Assembly (NCBI RefSeq): GCF_006345805.1
Contig: NC_043012.1
Coordinates: forward strand, 21,390,001-21,454,000
DNA from: Octopus sinensis
Lineage: Eukaryota
DNA length: 64,000 nt
Direction: 5' to 3'
Part shown: one piece after another, positions 1 to 13,507 of the stretch
Layout: each line of letters begins with the position of its first letter
Numbering within the stretch: position 1 is the first letter of the stretch
Position numbers and translations under genes: made by a program
The notes under the pieces: generated by a model
Seen by the model: the letters and a program-made list of their open reading frames with translations, nothing else
What the model was told of the DNA's origin: nothing
Database searches by the model: none

Positions 1-200
1 ATGTGTATGTATGTATGTATGTATGTATGTATGTATGTATGTATGTATTTATGTATGTATGTACGTGTGTGTGTGTGTGTGTGTGTATTATAATGTGTCC
101 TAATCTTTCTTGCAGCCTCACAATCCCTCCTATGTATTCTCGCGGTTTTGTCTTCCTAAAACTTGAAGCTATTTTGTGTTTCTAAACCTTCTCCTAAAAT

Positions 201-447
201 CTCTACTCTTTACTCTTTTACTTGTTTCAGTCATTTGACTGCGGTCATGCTGGAGCACCGCCTTTTTTTAGTCGAGCAAATCGACCCCGGGACTTATTCT
301 TTGGTAAGCCCAGTACTTATTCTATCGGTGTCTTTTTGCCGAACCGCTAAGTAACGGGGACATAAACACACCAGCATCGGTTGTCACAATGCTAGGGGGA
401 CAACACACAGACACACAAACATACACACGCATATATATATATATATT

Positions 448-516
<69 letters not shown>

Positions 517-996
517 TACGACAGGCTTCTTTCAGTTTCCGTCTACCAAATCCACTCACAAGGCATTGGTCGGCCCGGGGCTATAGCAGAAGACACTTGC
601 CCAAGATGCCACGCAGTGGGACTGAACCCCGAACCATGTGGTTGGTAAACAAGCTGGAGCACTCCGTCGGTTACGACGACGAGGGTCCCAGCTGATATGA
701 TCAACAGAACAGCCTGCTCGTGAAATTAACGTGCAAGTGGCTGAGCACTCCACAGACACGTGTACCCTTAACGTAGTTCTCAGGGAGATTAAGCGTGACA
801 CACAGTGTGACAAGGCCGGCCCTTTGAAATACTGGTACAACTCATTTTTGCCAGCTGAGCGGACTGGAGCAACATGAAATAAAGTGTCTTGCTCAAGGAC
901 ACAACGCGTCGCTTGGAATCGAACTCACGACCTTACAATCGTAAGCCACGCGCCTTCGGTAAACAAGCTACTTACCACACAGCCACTCCTACGCCT
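201..996 (-). mobile_element. tRNA-derived SINE family A, interrupted by a nested family C SINE
   Basis: Head GGCGTAGGAGTGGCTGTGTGGTAAG..GGTTCAGTCCC, CORE-like TTGGGCAAGTG segment, central (TA)n and tail GGCGGTGCTCCAGCATG..CAGTCAAATGACTGAAACAAGTAAAAGAG; about 12 homologous copies in the window. Possibly one of the described octopus OK/OR SINEs (not verified). Confidence 0.9.
656..957 (-). mobile_element. tRNA-SINE family C (head with internal deletion, tail type 1) inserted in SINE A
   Basis: Flanked by the 12-bp direct repeat GGTAAACAAGCT (644-655, 958-969); tail matches the tail of family B copies. Confidence 0.9.
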
Positions 997-1373
997 TTTC
1001 AACATAGCTTTTCTGAATCCTTGCAAACTAAATGCTAGATTCAGTCTATTGGAAGGCAAAACAATAGGCAGACAAAGGGTTAAGATGTAGTCATGAGTAA
1101 AAAAAAGATTTGCATAGATAGTCAGAGTAATATTAAATACCAATTTCAGATGGTAAATATGATTTACAAGAATATACAATCACATATTCTTTACATTATA
1201 AAACGTAATCGTCGATTTATAGCAAATATTTACATATGCATATGTACATGTCTGCATGTGTTTCGTGTGTGTGTATGTGTGTGCATCTGTGTTTGTGCGC
1301 AGAGACATGTGTATGTAGCAAAAGAGAGAAAGGGAAAAAGAGGGCAGGACTGGAAACATGGTATGAATATGTA

Positions 1374-1429
<56 letters not shown>

Positions 1430-2017
1430 CATGTACACACCCAACACATTAGTCTGTCGCCAGCAATCTGTTGTGTTGATATGATGGAAATGTTTAAATA
1501 TATATATATAATATATATATATATAATATATATATATTGTGGTGTGTGTGTGTGTGTTGAGAAGATCGCTTGATTAGACATATACACGAGTGTTTGTGAC
1601 TGGTGTATGCGACTGAATTGTTTGCGTACTGTGTTTGCGTATAAGCATACACACACACAGACACGCACTCACTCACAAGTATGTGTATATGTGTGTGAGT
1701 GTGTGTGTGTGTGTGTGTGGTGTGTGTGTGTGTGTGTGTGTGTGCATACATGCATTTAAATATTCCAAACACTCACGTATACAAACCTCTACCACACACT
1801 TATGTGTGGTAGAGTTTTTACCATTGTTTCTCTGTATACATGAATCTACGTATGCATGTATGTATGTATGTATATAGGGACATTCGAGGGAAAACGCATT
1901 TAGAAAAGCAATCTTTTCTTTATTAATTGGATAGTCTTTCAATAAACGAATTTAGAGTTTGTCATATTTATATATATACATATAATATATAAATACATAT
2001 ATATATATATATATTAT

Positions 2018-2102
<85 letters not shown>

Positions 2103-2696
2103 TGTATGTATGCATGTATGCATATACGTACATGCATACATACATATAAATCATATGTATGTATGCATATATATAAATGTTGTATTTAATTTAATGTTGA
2201 GCTCAAGTGGGACAGTTTTATCTGAAAGGATGTTGCCAATTGTTTTACACTGGTTCCAATTAATTTCTTTTTCGCGCTATTTTTTGTTGCATGTCATTTT
2301 CTGCATTCGCTCAGCTTACAGATCCATTATACATTTTGGTATTATATATCGATTTCGTTTGACTAATTGTAGTGCTTTTCTTTTGAAGAGAAAAGAATAT
2401 AGTTGTCTGAATTGACTGCAGTACAGAGCTGGTATTTATCTTATCGTTTCCGAATTTGGAATAAAAAGCAATGTATGTATGTATGTATGTATGTATGTAT
2501 GTATGTACGTACGTATGTATGTATGTACGTACGTGTGTGTGTATCATAATGTGTCCTAATCTTTCTTGCAATCTCACAATCTAAAACCCAACGACAGTAC
2601 CTTCCAAGGTATTCTCGCGGTTTTGTTTTCCTAAAACTTAAAGAGGCTAAGATAGATACACACACACATCATCTCTCCTATATTCTCAAGGCTTGA

Positions 2697-2880
2697 AGTT
2701 TTGTGGGGTTGGCTAGTCGATCACATCCGCCCCAGTGCTCGACTGGTACTTATTTCATCGACCGAAAGGATAAAAAGCAAAGTGGACTGCGCAGACTTTG
2801 AACTCAAAGGGTAAGAACCAGAAAAATGTCGCTAAGCATTTTGTCCGGTACGGTAAAGATTCTGTCTCCTCGCCAACCTT
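2697..2880 (-). mobile_element. SINE family D (GCCTTTCATCCTTTCGGGGTCGATAAA central domain, Meta-domain-like), diverged copy
   Basis: Aligns by eye to the younger copy at 30770-30991. Confidence 0.75.
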
Positions 2881-2939
2881 TCTGCCGGTAATTAACATCT
2901 ATTTACTCAATCAGTGATTTAATTATCATTTCGTTTAAG

Positions 2940-3390
2940 TATCTTCTCTGTTCATATAGGCAGATCCATTATTTCCAGCTCAAAGAATTCCCTGTCTCTG
3001 CTGACGAAAAACACGTCCAAGTGAATTTTTGACGGTCTGTCCAATCAATACGTTTTGAAGAGACCAAAACAGGTGGAAATCTAAAGGTGCAAGGTCCGGC
3101 AAATACAGAGGGTATTGCAAAACTTCCCATCTAAGCTCCAGAAAATTCTGTCGCGTCTAAAAGAAGTGTGCATCCTGACATTGTCGTGGTGAAAGACAAC
3201 GACGATTAGAAAGTGCTGGACGTTTCTGGTGGAGCACTGCATTGAATTTGTGAAGCTGGTCACAAGGCACACCTGAACTGATGGCCCTGTTCAAGGAAAA
3301 ATGCTCGTAAAAGACAGCAGCCTTCCAATCCCACGAATTTGAAAGCATAACCATTATTTTGGATGAAGTCCTACTTTGAGTGTTCTACTG
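2940..3390 (-). pseudogene. mariner (DD34D) transposase, decayed C-terminal catalytic region
   Basis: Frameshifted translation VGLHPK/MVMLSNSWDWK..DQLHKFNAVLHQKRPALSNR/VVFHHDNVRMHTS/YPLYLPDLAPLDFHLFWSLQN/FFVSRDREFFELEIMDLP matches the mariner motifs HHDNARPHTS and YSPDLAPSD. Confidence 0.9.
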
Positions 3391-3869
3391 CAACAAGTGA
3401 GTGGGAGAAGATATGAGTCTATACTTCTCAGAAGAGAGACGATGGCAATGGAATTCTAATGTTGTGAGTTTTCGTCTGTGAGCGTTACAAAAATATAGTG
3501 AACATATACGTACATATATATATATATATTATATATATATATATATGATGTACATAGAAACGGAGGTGTGTGTGTGTGTGTATGTTGCGTATGTACGTAT
3601 GGGTTTCAGTACTTTATTGTGTGGCTGTTGTGTATGGTATATGATGCCGTGTACGTGTGTGTGCGCGCGCGCGTGTGTGCGCACGCGTATGTGTGCGTGT
3701 GTATGTGCATGCGTGTGTGTGTGTGCGTTTGTGTGTGTGCGTGCGTGTGTGTGTGTGCGTGTGTGTGTATGTGTGTGTAATGTGTGTGTGGGATAAGTAG
3801 AAAGCAGAGGAGTTTGAAATGTACGGGAGTGATTGTCAGTCAGTGAGTTGAGCAAGGCTGTATTGCAAG

Positions 3870-4720
3870 TGAAAAAGCAAGACGGTTGTTTATATAAGTG
3901 GAGTGAGAGGATCGTAGACAGAAAGTAAGTTGATGTTCTTTGTGCAACCTGGAGGCGGTTTATCTAAGGTAAAATGACACAGCATACAGAGAGATGTAGG
4001 GAACTATGCCAAGGAGAATTAAAACGCTGGACAATGGATTGATGGGGTGCAGTATAATTCAGTGGAAGGATAAGTTCTAGGAATAGCCCTCTGAATCGAT
4101 CTGTCAACCATCGACCTGTTTTTTCAGTATGTCACTTACTGCGCAGAAGGTATTTTACGCAGTAAATGTGTGTGTCTGTGCTTGTGTGCTTGCGTGCGTG
4201 CGTGATGGTAGTACAAGTGAAGTAGTCACTGAGGGGAACGGACATATCAGTCTATGTAGAGAGGTGATATCTTGTATGAAGGGAGAGATGTTGCAATGGG
4301 AGTGGTGTGGATCAGGTACTTTCCGAGAAAGTATGGGAGAAATGGCGGGATGAGATAAATGGAGACGGAATAGCTGTTGCATGGAGGACTAAACAGGAAG
4401 GTTTGTTCGATGGTAGGTGAGAGGAAAGAGGTGTTTGGTGCTCGGGTTGACACGATTTATAAGGGTTAAGGGGTGGTCAACCATGCGGGTACGATAATGG
4501 GCAGCGTCTATGTCTGAATGGTATAACCATTTTGTAAGTGGTAGGAGACCATCTGGTCCCGAATGGTCAATGCTTCAGAGCAGTGCAGGCGAAAAGATTG
4601 TGGAGACAAAGATATCAGATATATCATAAATGAGGCGGTATGAGCTGAAATCGAGGTAGAAATGGGATTCAATGAGTTTGTAAAAGACAGAGATGAAAGG
4701 ATTGGAGTGGACAATGGTGT
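3870..4720 (-). mobile_element. Penelope-like retroelement relic: RT thumb plus GIY-YIG endonuclease
   Basis: Broken frames give SVFYKLIESHFYLDFSSY, FRLHCSE..RDQMVSYHLQNGY, PLTYHRTNLPV, YCVKYLLRSK*HTEKTGRWLTDRF (cf. YIGETGRRLADRF), VQRFNSPWHS and EHQLTFCL, in the order expected for PLE ORFs. Confidence 0.8.
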
Positions 4721-5293
4721 CGGAGATAACTTAGTTTTATTTTTATTATATAATATTGTTGGTAAAATGCTGAGTTTAGAAACCAATATAAATGTGAAAT
4801 TTTAAGAACTGGTTTACAATAAATATTCGGTTAAACGTCAATATTCAATTTTGTGTTCTTTTTTTCCTTCTCTCTCTCGCTCTCTCATCTATTATGGTTA
4901 ACGAAAAACGATGCGAGGCCAAATTGATTATCTTTATGTAAAAACTAAAGTAAAGACTTCAATTTATCATTTCACGACTTTGTTACAGCAAATAGTCAAC
5001 GACAATAACAAAACACATCAGAGATGTGAATTCTATGCGTCTTTTCTTTCTAATTTCTTAATTTCAAATTCAAATTTTTCATCCGCCAAACATTAAGAAG
5101 AAATGGTCATATATCTTGTAACAATTGAGACGGCTTGCGTAACGACACGTGTTTCAAAGATATTCATTAAGTTTTACAGTAATACAGAGTATAATAGATT
5201 TCTCGCATATGTAGTCTGTAATCAGCTTTGATATTTCAAAATATTTCTTTTTCTGATAATCAAACATGTGTTCAATATTATCGAATTTTCTAT

Positions 5294-5517
5294 AAGGTGG
5301 CATACCAGTGGAATCGTTAACTCATCGGATAAAATTCTTAGTGATATTTCTTCGGGCTCTTTACGTTCTGAGTTCAGATATGACCAACGTCAACATTGCT
5401 TTCTTCCTTTCAAGATCGATAAGATAAAGAATCGGCCATGTACTGTGATCGATGTAATCGGCTAATACCCCTTCCCCGATAAAATTGCTGGTCCTGTGTC
5501 AAAATTTGAAACAATAT
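5294..5517 (+). mobile_element. SINE family D, diverged copy
   Basis: TTTACGTTCTGAGTTCA and GATCGATGTAATCG motifs shared with other D copies. Confidence 0.75.
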
Positions 5518-5815
5518 TATAGAATTTTCTTAATATTCGAAGACAACCAAATCTTCTAACGGTAGAACGGTTAGCAGTTTAGATTGTCTTTGAGAAGTTA
5601 GAATAATGCGGAATTGAGGATTGATGGGACACGACAAACCCGTTACTAGTCATTGACATCGTTCGCTGTTTGTGGAAACAAAATAATTAATATCTCGACT
5701 TTGAACCGAGTGAGTTCCGTGTAGCAAATAGTCGACTAATATTCAAATGGAATATCATAAACCTTCCTAAATTGTATACCACAAGTATTTATAATAAAAA
5801 TAAAACCTGCATATA

Positions 5816-5870
5816 CAGTAATCCCTCGCCATATCGCGGTTCACCTATTGCGGTTCAGTTATCGCGGTTT
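5816..5870 (+). mobile_element. Tigger/pogo-type DNA transposon terminus (fragment)
   Basis: TA|CAGTAATCCCTCGCCATATCGCGG is a typical Tigger-like TIR start after a TA target; partner TIR not found. Confidence 0.6.
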
Positions 5871-5885
5871 ATTTATTGATTAATT

Positions 5886-6062
5886 TATTTATTTGTTTCA
5901 GTGATTTGACTGCGGCCATGTTGGAGCACCGCCTTTAGTCGAGCAAATCGACCCCAGGACTTAATCTTTGTAAGCCTAGTACTTATTCTATCGGTCTGTT
6001 TTGTCGAACCGCCAGCATCGGTTGTCAAGCGATGTTGGTGGGACAAATACAGGCACACAAAC

Positions 6063-6118
<56 letters not shown>

Positions 6119-6270
6119 GCATATACACGACGGGCTTCTTACAGTTTCCGTTTACCAAATCCACCCACAAGGCTTTGGTCGGCCCGAGGTTATAGTAGAA
6201 GACACTTGCCCAAAGTGCCATGCAGTGGGACTGAACCTGGAACCATATGGTTGGTAAGCAAGCTACTTAC
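5886..6270 (-). mobile_element. SINE family A with internal deletion
   Basis: Same head, (TA)n and tail as 201-996. Confidence 0.9.
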
Positions 6271-7364
6271 GCATATTATTTATGCTTACATCGATTCCCC
6301 TTGGTGTTGTCTTGCATTTATAATAAAATGAATATATACAAATTATAAAAATAATAGAAATAAATACATAATACAGTACCGTTTCTGCATCTCTTAGGGT
6401 TTGGAACTTAATACATGTAATAATCCAGGGATTGTTGTATTTCTACAATGTATTTATAATACTGCTTTTCCTTTCCTTTGGCCCTCAACTCCTGATAGAG
6501 TCGTAGAAACACTTCAGTTCTTCGTTGACAGGGATGTGTTCCGCCAAGTCTACAGGACAAAGCATAAATTTTTGTTTTAGACCTAGCTGGGCACATCCTT
6601 CTCTACCGATGAAATCATCTGATTTCTTCCAGACAGAGCGAAAAAAAGAAAAATCAGTCCTACTACAGGTAATTTATAAAAGGGCCTCGAAAGAACGAAA
6701 AGTCAAGTTTAGGTAGGTATGATTCGAACTCAGATCACACTACCGTCAGTAAGTCTACCCGACGCTTTAACAACTCTCTACTTATTTGAGATGGCTACGC
6801 TGAGTATTGAGCAGGTTTTCAGGGGAACACTAACCGAATCCTTTTCCTCCAGAAATGTAGAAAAATCTGAAAGGCAAGCAAACTCCTTTCATAGAAAACC
6901 TCAATAATAATAGTCTAAGGATCGACCGATATTCACCACTACAAGGAAGAGAAATAAAGAGGAAACACAAAGATATACAAGTGCGTGTGTGTGTGTGTTT
7001 GGGAGGTGGAGGTGAAGTTCTTTCTGAAGTTTGCCCAAAAATACCAAATGATAGACACGCACTCAAGCACGTAGCCACAATGTGATGCATCTTAGAGAGA
7101 AAAGTTAAGGTATTTTGATAGTTTTGCTACTGCTTTGCCAGCACAGAGCATCGGAAGCGACTTTCTCCCAGGTCTTATTCTGGAAATCTCCCAAGGTAAA
7201 CCCGTTTACACTGACATACATACACGCGCAGAACATATATTGCATAACCGTGTGTATATGCCGACATTCTTACGCCTACATAAGCATGTGTGTGAGCGCG
7301 TGTGAATATATGTAAACTAATGTATATGTGTGCGTGTGTGTGTGTGTGTAGATATGCACACGCA

Positions 7365-7401
<37 letters not shown>

Positions 7402-7440
7402 TAGTTCATTGTTTAAAACTCGCCAAGAAAAATTTTGAAA

Positions 7441-7503
7441 CCACCTGATGAATGACTGCGACTCAAAAATTTGATGACAGCAGACAGGAAACGATCGTAG
7501 TGG
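7441..7503 (+). ncRNA. type I hammerhead ribozyme motif H1
   Basis: CCAC-CTGATGA-(36-nt imperfect helix II)-GAAA-CGATCG-TA^GTGG. Helix I CCAC/GTGG is perfect; helix III is the 8-nt palindrome ACGATCGT; predicted cleavage after 7499; the helix II closing pair is an A.G mismatch. Confidence 0.7.
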
Positions 7504-7618
7504 ATATTAATTATATTTTTTAATAATTGTTACATATTTAAATAATATAAATTAATTTATGTATGGATTAAGTCTTTCATTGTTTGATTTGCCTAATAGT
7601 GGTTTTGTCTCTAATTTA

Positions 7619-7719
<101 letters not shown>

Positions 7720-7827
7720 ATATATATATATATATGTAATATATATATGAATAGATAAATAAGTATATGTATATATATATATATATATATCTGTAAATGT
7801 AATATGTGACAATTATTCGGTAGCCAA

Positions 7828-7888
7828 GATAAAACTCTGAGTTTCGGATGCCGAGGTGGAAATCCACAACACCATCTCTTCAGTTATC
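7828..7888 (-). ncRNA. type I hammerhead ribozyme motif H2
   Basis: Minus strand GATAA-CTGAAGA-GATG..GTGG ATTT CCAC..CATCC-GAAA-CTCAGAG-TT^TTATC. Helix I is 5 bp perfect; helix III is ACTC-A-GAGT; GUU cleavage between 7833 and 7832. Confidence 0.75.
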
Positions 7889-7908
7889 CGACCATCGGAA
7901 GAACACAG

Positions 7909-8028
7909 AGTATTCAAATTCCCTAAGACATATATAATTACATACATACATACATACACATACATACATGAATGTATGCATACATACATACATACATACA
8001 TACATACATAATACATACATACATACAC

Positions 8029-8073
<45 letters not shown>

Positions 8074-8172
8074 TACATATATTCACACGCGCTCACACAC
8101 ATGCTTATGTAGGCATAAGAATATCGGCATATACACACGAGTATGCATATATGTTCTGTGCGTGTATGTATG

Positions 8173-8203
<31 letters not shown>

Positions 8204-8232
8204 TTATATATGTCTTAGCGAATTTGAATACT
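7909..8232. repeat. inverted repeat (32 bp unique plus (CATA)n arms) around a microsatellite core
   Basis: AGTATTCAAATTCCCTAAGACATATATAATTA at 7909 versus its reverse complement ending at 8232, 1 mismatch. Confidence 0.85.
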
Positions 8233-8444
8233 TCCAGATCTGCGTCAGCAAAACGGGGCTTCGAGATGCTCCTTCACATGTCTCTGTTTTGATGTGTCTT
8301 TTAAAAAAGTATCTTCTAGATCCAGAAAGAAAGAGAGGAAAAAATCTTCCTATTATTAAAATTCCATTGAAAGGCTTTCAAACATGTTTGATTTTACTCA
8401 CACACAAGTTCAAAAACAAATGAATACCTCAAAACCCAATCGAA

Positions 8445-8492
<48 letters not shown>

Positions 8493-8836
8493 TGTGTGTG
8501 TGTGTGTGTCTGTATGTGTGTATATATGTTTATAAGTAAATATGTATGTATGCATTCGTGTAAAGATATTTTTTACATGCTAACACGTCCGAGTGTATTC
8601 GGACGTGATAATGCCTTTTGCTGCGGAAATAATCCCCACAGAGAATCAAACACACACACACACACGCACACCCACCTATACACACACACATACACACACA
8701 CACTCACACACACAGAAGGTTACAGGGTAATATTGTTCAGAATTCTACTTACGATATAATTACATGAACAAATTGAAAAGACGTCAACACTTGAGGTAAA
8801 CTGAAAGTGTATATCTTAGGTCAGCTCATTTTATAT

Positions 8837-8894
8837 CTCATTACTCGGAGTTTCATACTCGGAGTTTCATACTCGGAAGCAATCCTCAGATGAA
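8837..8894 (-). ncRNA. type I hammerhead ribozyme motif H3 with a 14-bp internal tandem duplication
   Basis: Minus strand TTCAT-CTGAGGA-TTGCT TCCG AGTAT-[GAAACTCCGAGTAT]-GAAA-CTCCGAG-TA^ATGAG. Helix I TTCAT/ATGAG; helix III ACTC-C-GAGT; cleavage between 8842 and 8841. Confidence 0.65.
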
Positions 8895-9122
8895 GATATT
8901 TACTGATGAGAGCTCCAGTACAGTCGGATGTTTTACATATTTCTATATGTATGTACGTATTTGTGTATGTGTGTGATACATATACGTGGGTGTGCGTGTC
9001 TGTGTGTGTGTGTTTATGCGTGTGTGCGTGGATGCACATATATATGCCAGCACATATATATGTATGTATATATATTTTTATGTGCACGTAAATAGATCTA
9101 TATATGTGTGTATAGTGTGTGT

Positions 9123-9162
<40 letters not shown>

Positions 9163-9324
9163 ATATATATATGTATACATATATATATATGTATATATAT
9201 ATATTTATTTATATATAGAGGGCATTATACATACATGCCAGAAGGCATTATACATACATGCCAAACGCTAAGAGGGACAATTAGTCATTTCTACCAAAAA
9301 TATTACTAATCCCACCGATATATA

Positions 9325-9374
<50 letters not shown>

Positions 9375-9517
9375 ATATAATAAATAATAAATAAAATAAA
9401 ACATATGCATATATACATACATATATGTACGTACCTACCTCTACAGTATATGTACAAATACGTGTGTGTATAAATACATATATATATATATATATATATG
9501 CATATATATACATATAT

Positions 9518-9568
<51 letters not shown>

Positions 9569-10025
9569 CTTACATATACGTATTTGTACAAACACATACT
9601 TATGTATGTATGCATGTGTGTATGTGTGTATGTATGTGTGTGTATGTATGTGTGTGTGTGTGTGTGTATGTATGATGTATGCACACTTTTGTTGGTGTAT
9701 ATTTAAACACGCATACATTAGACTATTCTCTTTTATTGAACGCTATATTAAAAGATGTCTTCTCTCCACCCACAGAAGAGTAAAATGGCGTGTTGCCAGT
9801 ACGGCGAACAAGTAGCCAATGGCAGTCGTGTGATGAAATCAATTACTGGACAAGTGCCGGAAACACAGGAATTACTGGGGACAGACAAACTGGAATATAT
9901 GTAGACATCGAATTGATCGGACTCTTGCAATTCGGAGATGTATTTTTGGACAGATCAACAAATAGCGTGAATGGACATTAGCAAAAGATCACTTATTGAG
10001 AGGACACTGTTATTAACTTGGGATG

Positions 10026-10335
10026 ATAAATGCAGAGAAAGGGTATGAGTGAGTGAGGGAGTGAGCGAGCGAGCGAGTGAGCGAGTGAGTGAGTGAGTGA
10101 GCGAATGAATGAATGAGTGAATGAGGGAGGGAGCGAGCGAGGGAGTGAGCGAGAGATTGAGTGGGTGAGTGAGCGAGTGAGGGGGTGAGCGAGCGAGTGA
10201 GCGAGTGAGTGAGCGAATGAGTGAATGAGTGAATGAGTGAGTGAGTGAGTGAGTGAGTGAGTGAGTGAATGAGTGAATGAGTGAGTGAGTGAATGAGTGA
10301 GTGAGTGAGTGAGTGAGTGAGTGAGTGAGTGGGTG
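10026..10335. repeat. (GAGT/GAAT/GAGC)n compound microsatellite
   Basis: Direct inspection. Confidence 0.95.
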
Positions 10336-10541
10336 AGTGGATTGGTGGGTGGGAGGTAGAGCAAGTGAGTGGATGAATTCATGTTTGGTATAAAAAAATA
10401 TTGATGGATGTTGCTTAAGGTTAAATATAACAACCTGTTACTATAATTCTTTACTGGAATTTTCAATCGAATTAAAAAGACTCGGAGATTATTGCAGCCA
10501 TTATTAATCCACAATGGTTCATGAAATATGTGTATGTGTGC

Positions 10542-10703
<162 letters not shown>

Positions 10704-10821
10704 GCCTGCGTGTCTGCTTGTGCGATGAGAGAAGAGATGTGTTGGACGCTGTCGAAAATCTTGTCTGTTGGAATGCAATATATGCTTGACATATTGTTTA
10801 AAAAAATTTCCTTCCCAACTA

Positions 10822-11016
10822 AAAGTACAAGGTCTGAAAATCGTGGGGAGGGGCTAATCGATTACATCGACCTCAGTACATGACTAGACTGCTACTTATT
10901 TTATCGACCCTAAAAGGATGAAATGCAAAGTCGACTTCGGCAGCATCTGAACTCAGAACGTTGAACCGGAAAGTATTTTGTCCGGCGCGCTAACGATCCT
11001 GCCAGGTCGATGCCTT
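10822..11016 (-). mobile_element. SINE family D copy
   Basis: CGACCCTAAAAGGATGAAATGCAAAGTCGAC and TGAACTCAGAACG motifs. Confidence 0.75.
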
Positions 11017-11975
11017 AATATAGTTCAAAATATTTGTAAACGATCCAGCAAGGGAATTTCCAAGTGTTCGCTCGACTTCTTAGAAAGAGCAGTGAAATTT
11101 CCCTTAAACGATACCCTTATTCTCTTAAATAAAAAATACATTGCATAGTGTTGTCCAAGATACACGGAACAAGCAAATTAAATTAGGATTATCGTGGACT
11201 GGTTGCATCTATAAAGCCTGACCTGGGACTAAAGTACAACAAAAATAGTGAATAGTTTGGGATTTTAATAATTTATTTTCTACTGTTTTTCGTGTAGAGT
11301 ATTGAACCAACTCTGGAAAGTTAAAATCAAACAATAAAGGTTTGGTCCAAGATTTTCAACTGGAATTGAAGCACGGCCGGCGATTGTCTGTGGTATTGAT
11401 ATATATTTTTTCAAAACTGTCTCCAGCCCACAAATAATGTTGTTGTTTAGCTCCAGGTTAGCTCTAATAATCACATATATATATATATATATGATCAAAG
11501 CGTTTCAGCCACGACCGTTCCTTCTTATTGACAGATAATGTATTCAATATTATATTGCGCAGAACATAAAGAGGAAACATCTAAACACAGCTGGGCTTGA
11601 GCTGAATTCTAAAGTAATGTCCAAGAAGTCGAATGTTGGTAGAATCGTTAATATTAGTTAATATTTCAACGAAATTCCCTGTAATAGTCTCAGCTGTTGA
11701 AGGATATACATTTCCCGGAGGTAGTACAGGATAAGTAATCCAAAGGGATCTGTAAACCCAGGACCATCTTCCTTTTTTTGTCCAATAGGAGTTATTAAAA
11801 CATAAGAATAACTTCTTAGTGATCGTTAAGACATCGAGGTTAGTAATCCTAGAGAAGAGAATTGCCATTTGAGATCTGACTTTTTCCGTGTATATATATA
11901 TATATATCAACTCGTGTGTTCCTTTTCAACCTTCTACACACGCACATATATATATTATATATATATATAATATAT

Positions 11976-12372
11976 AGGCGCAGGAGTGGCGTGTGGTAAG
12001 TAGCTTGCTAACCAACCACATGGTTCCGGGTTCAGTCCCACTGCGTGGCATTGAGTAAGTATCTTCTGCTATAGCCCTGGGCCGGCCAATGCCTTGTGAG
12101 TGGATTGGTAGACGGAAACTGAAAGAAGCTGTCGTATATATGTATATATATATGTGTGTGTATGGTTGTGTGTATGTGTTTGTGTGTCTGTGTTTGTCTC
12201 CCTAGTGTGTTTACGTCCCCGTCACTTAGCGGTTTGGCAAAAGAGACCGATAGAATAAGTACTGGGCTTACAAAAAGAATAAGTCCCGGGGTCGAGTTGC
12301 TCGACTAAAAGGCGGTGCTCCAGCATGGCCGCAGTCAAATGACTGAAACAAGTAAAAGAGTAAAGAGAAAAG
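11976..12372 (+). mobile_element. SINE family A, full length
   Basis: A-box-like GTGGCGTGTGG, B-box-like GGTTCAGTCCC and the complete tail. Confidence 0.92.
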
Positions 12373-12603
12373 AGTATATATATATATATATATGCTCGAA
12401 ATATGAGAGTAGAAAAAAAAGCCACCAACTGATGAAGGGTTGTTCTTTATGTTGTTTGTTTTGTTTTCCATTTGTGTCTTTCGTTGTTCGAAAGAATAGT
12501 TCATATTCCATGATTCTATGTACTTGTACTTTCTATTTTTTGGCTATTGTATTTTTTCGCTTTTTGCCCACATATGCATGTATATATATATATATATATA
12601 TAT

Positions 12604-12642
12604 ACGTAAAGATATATGTACATATACGTATGGTATATATGC

Positions 12643-12690
<48 letters not shown>

Positions 12691-12747
12691 GTGAATATAT
12701 ATGTACATATACGTATGTATATATGCATATATATATATGTATATATA

Positions 12748-12778
<31 letters not shown>

Positions 12779-12819
12779 CGTGAATATATATGTACAATAC
12801 GTATGTATATATGCATATA

Positions 12820-12853
<34 letters not shown>

Positions 12854-12900
12854 CGTAAAGATAATGTACATATACGTATGTATATATGCTATATATATAT
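12604..12900. repeat. higher-order repeat, 4 units of about 75-90 bp built on (TA)n
   Basis: Units start ACGTAAAGAT / ACGTGAATAT / ACGTGAATAT / ACGTAAAGAT, each followed by ATGTACATATACGTATG..ATGC. Confidence 0.8.
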
Positions 12901-13091
12901 ATATATTTTTATATTATCATTAGATATATATATATATAGAGAGAGACAGACAGACAGACACATACAGACAGACAGCAGAGAGATAGGGGTAGATACATAC
13001 ATACATACATACATAATACATACATACATGCATAAATACATACATATATGCGTATGTGTATACACACACACTCATATATATGTGTGGGGTG

Positions 13092-13156
<65 letters not shown>

Positions 13157-13471
13157 TATATGCATGTATGAAATTTTGATAAATGCATTGGCATGTAACT
13201 CTAAGGTCTTAAATCATAAGAGCTCGCCAGCTAATATATATGCGCAAGTATTTCGATGTGTGCGCGTGTATGTGCGTGCAAAAATATGTATGCGAGTGTG
13301 TGAGTGCGTGTATGTGTGCGTGTGTCTCTATACGTACATATTTGCATCATAAGTACGCCTAAGTGTACGCAATGAGATTTTATGTATTTGTGCATACCAC
13401 CAACTCAGAGACAGAAACACACACACACACATATATGTATATATATATATGCATATATATATATATATAAG

Positions 13472-13507
<36 letters not shown>

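Noticed and set aside
1074-1083. piggyBac-like end AAAGGGTTAA (also TTAACCCTTT near 13774 and 60685)
   Set aside because: No paired termini at a plausible distance.
9785-9904. 39-codon ORF MACCQYGEQV.. with a good start context
   Set aside because: Too short, no recognisable homology and no consensus donor.
11581-11910. 109-aa non-repetitive minus-strand ORF
   Set aside because: No motif recognised and no convincing splice signals; compatible with chance.
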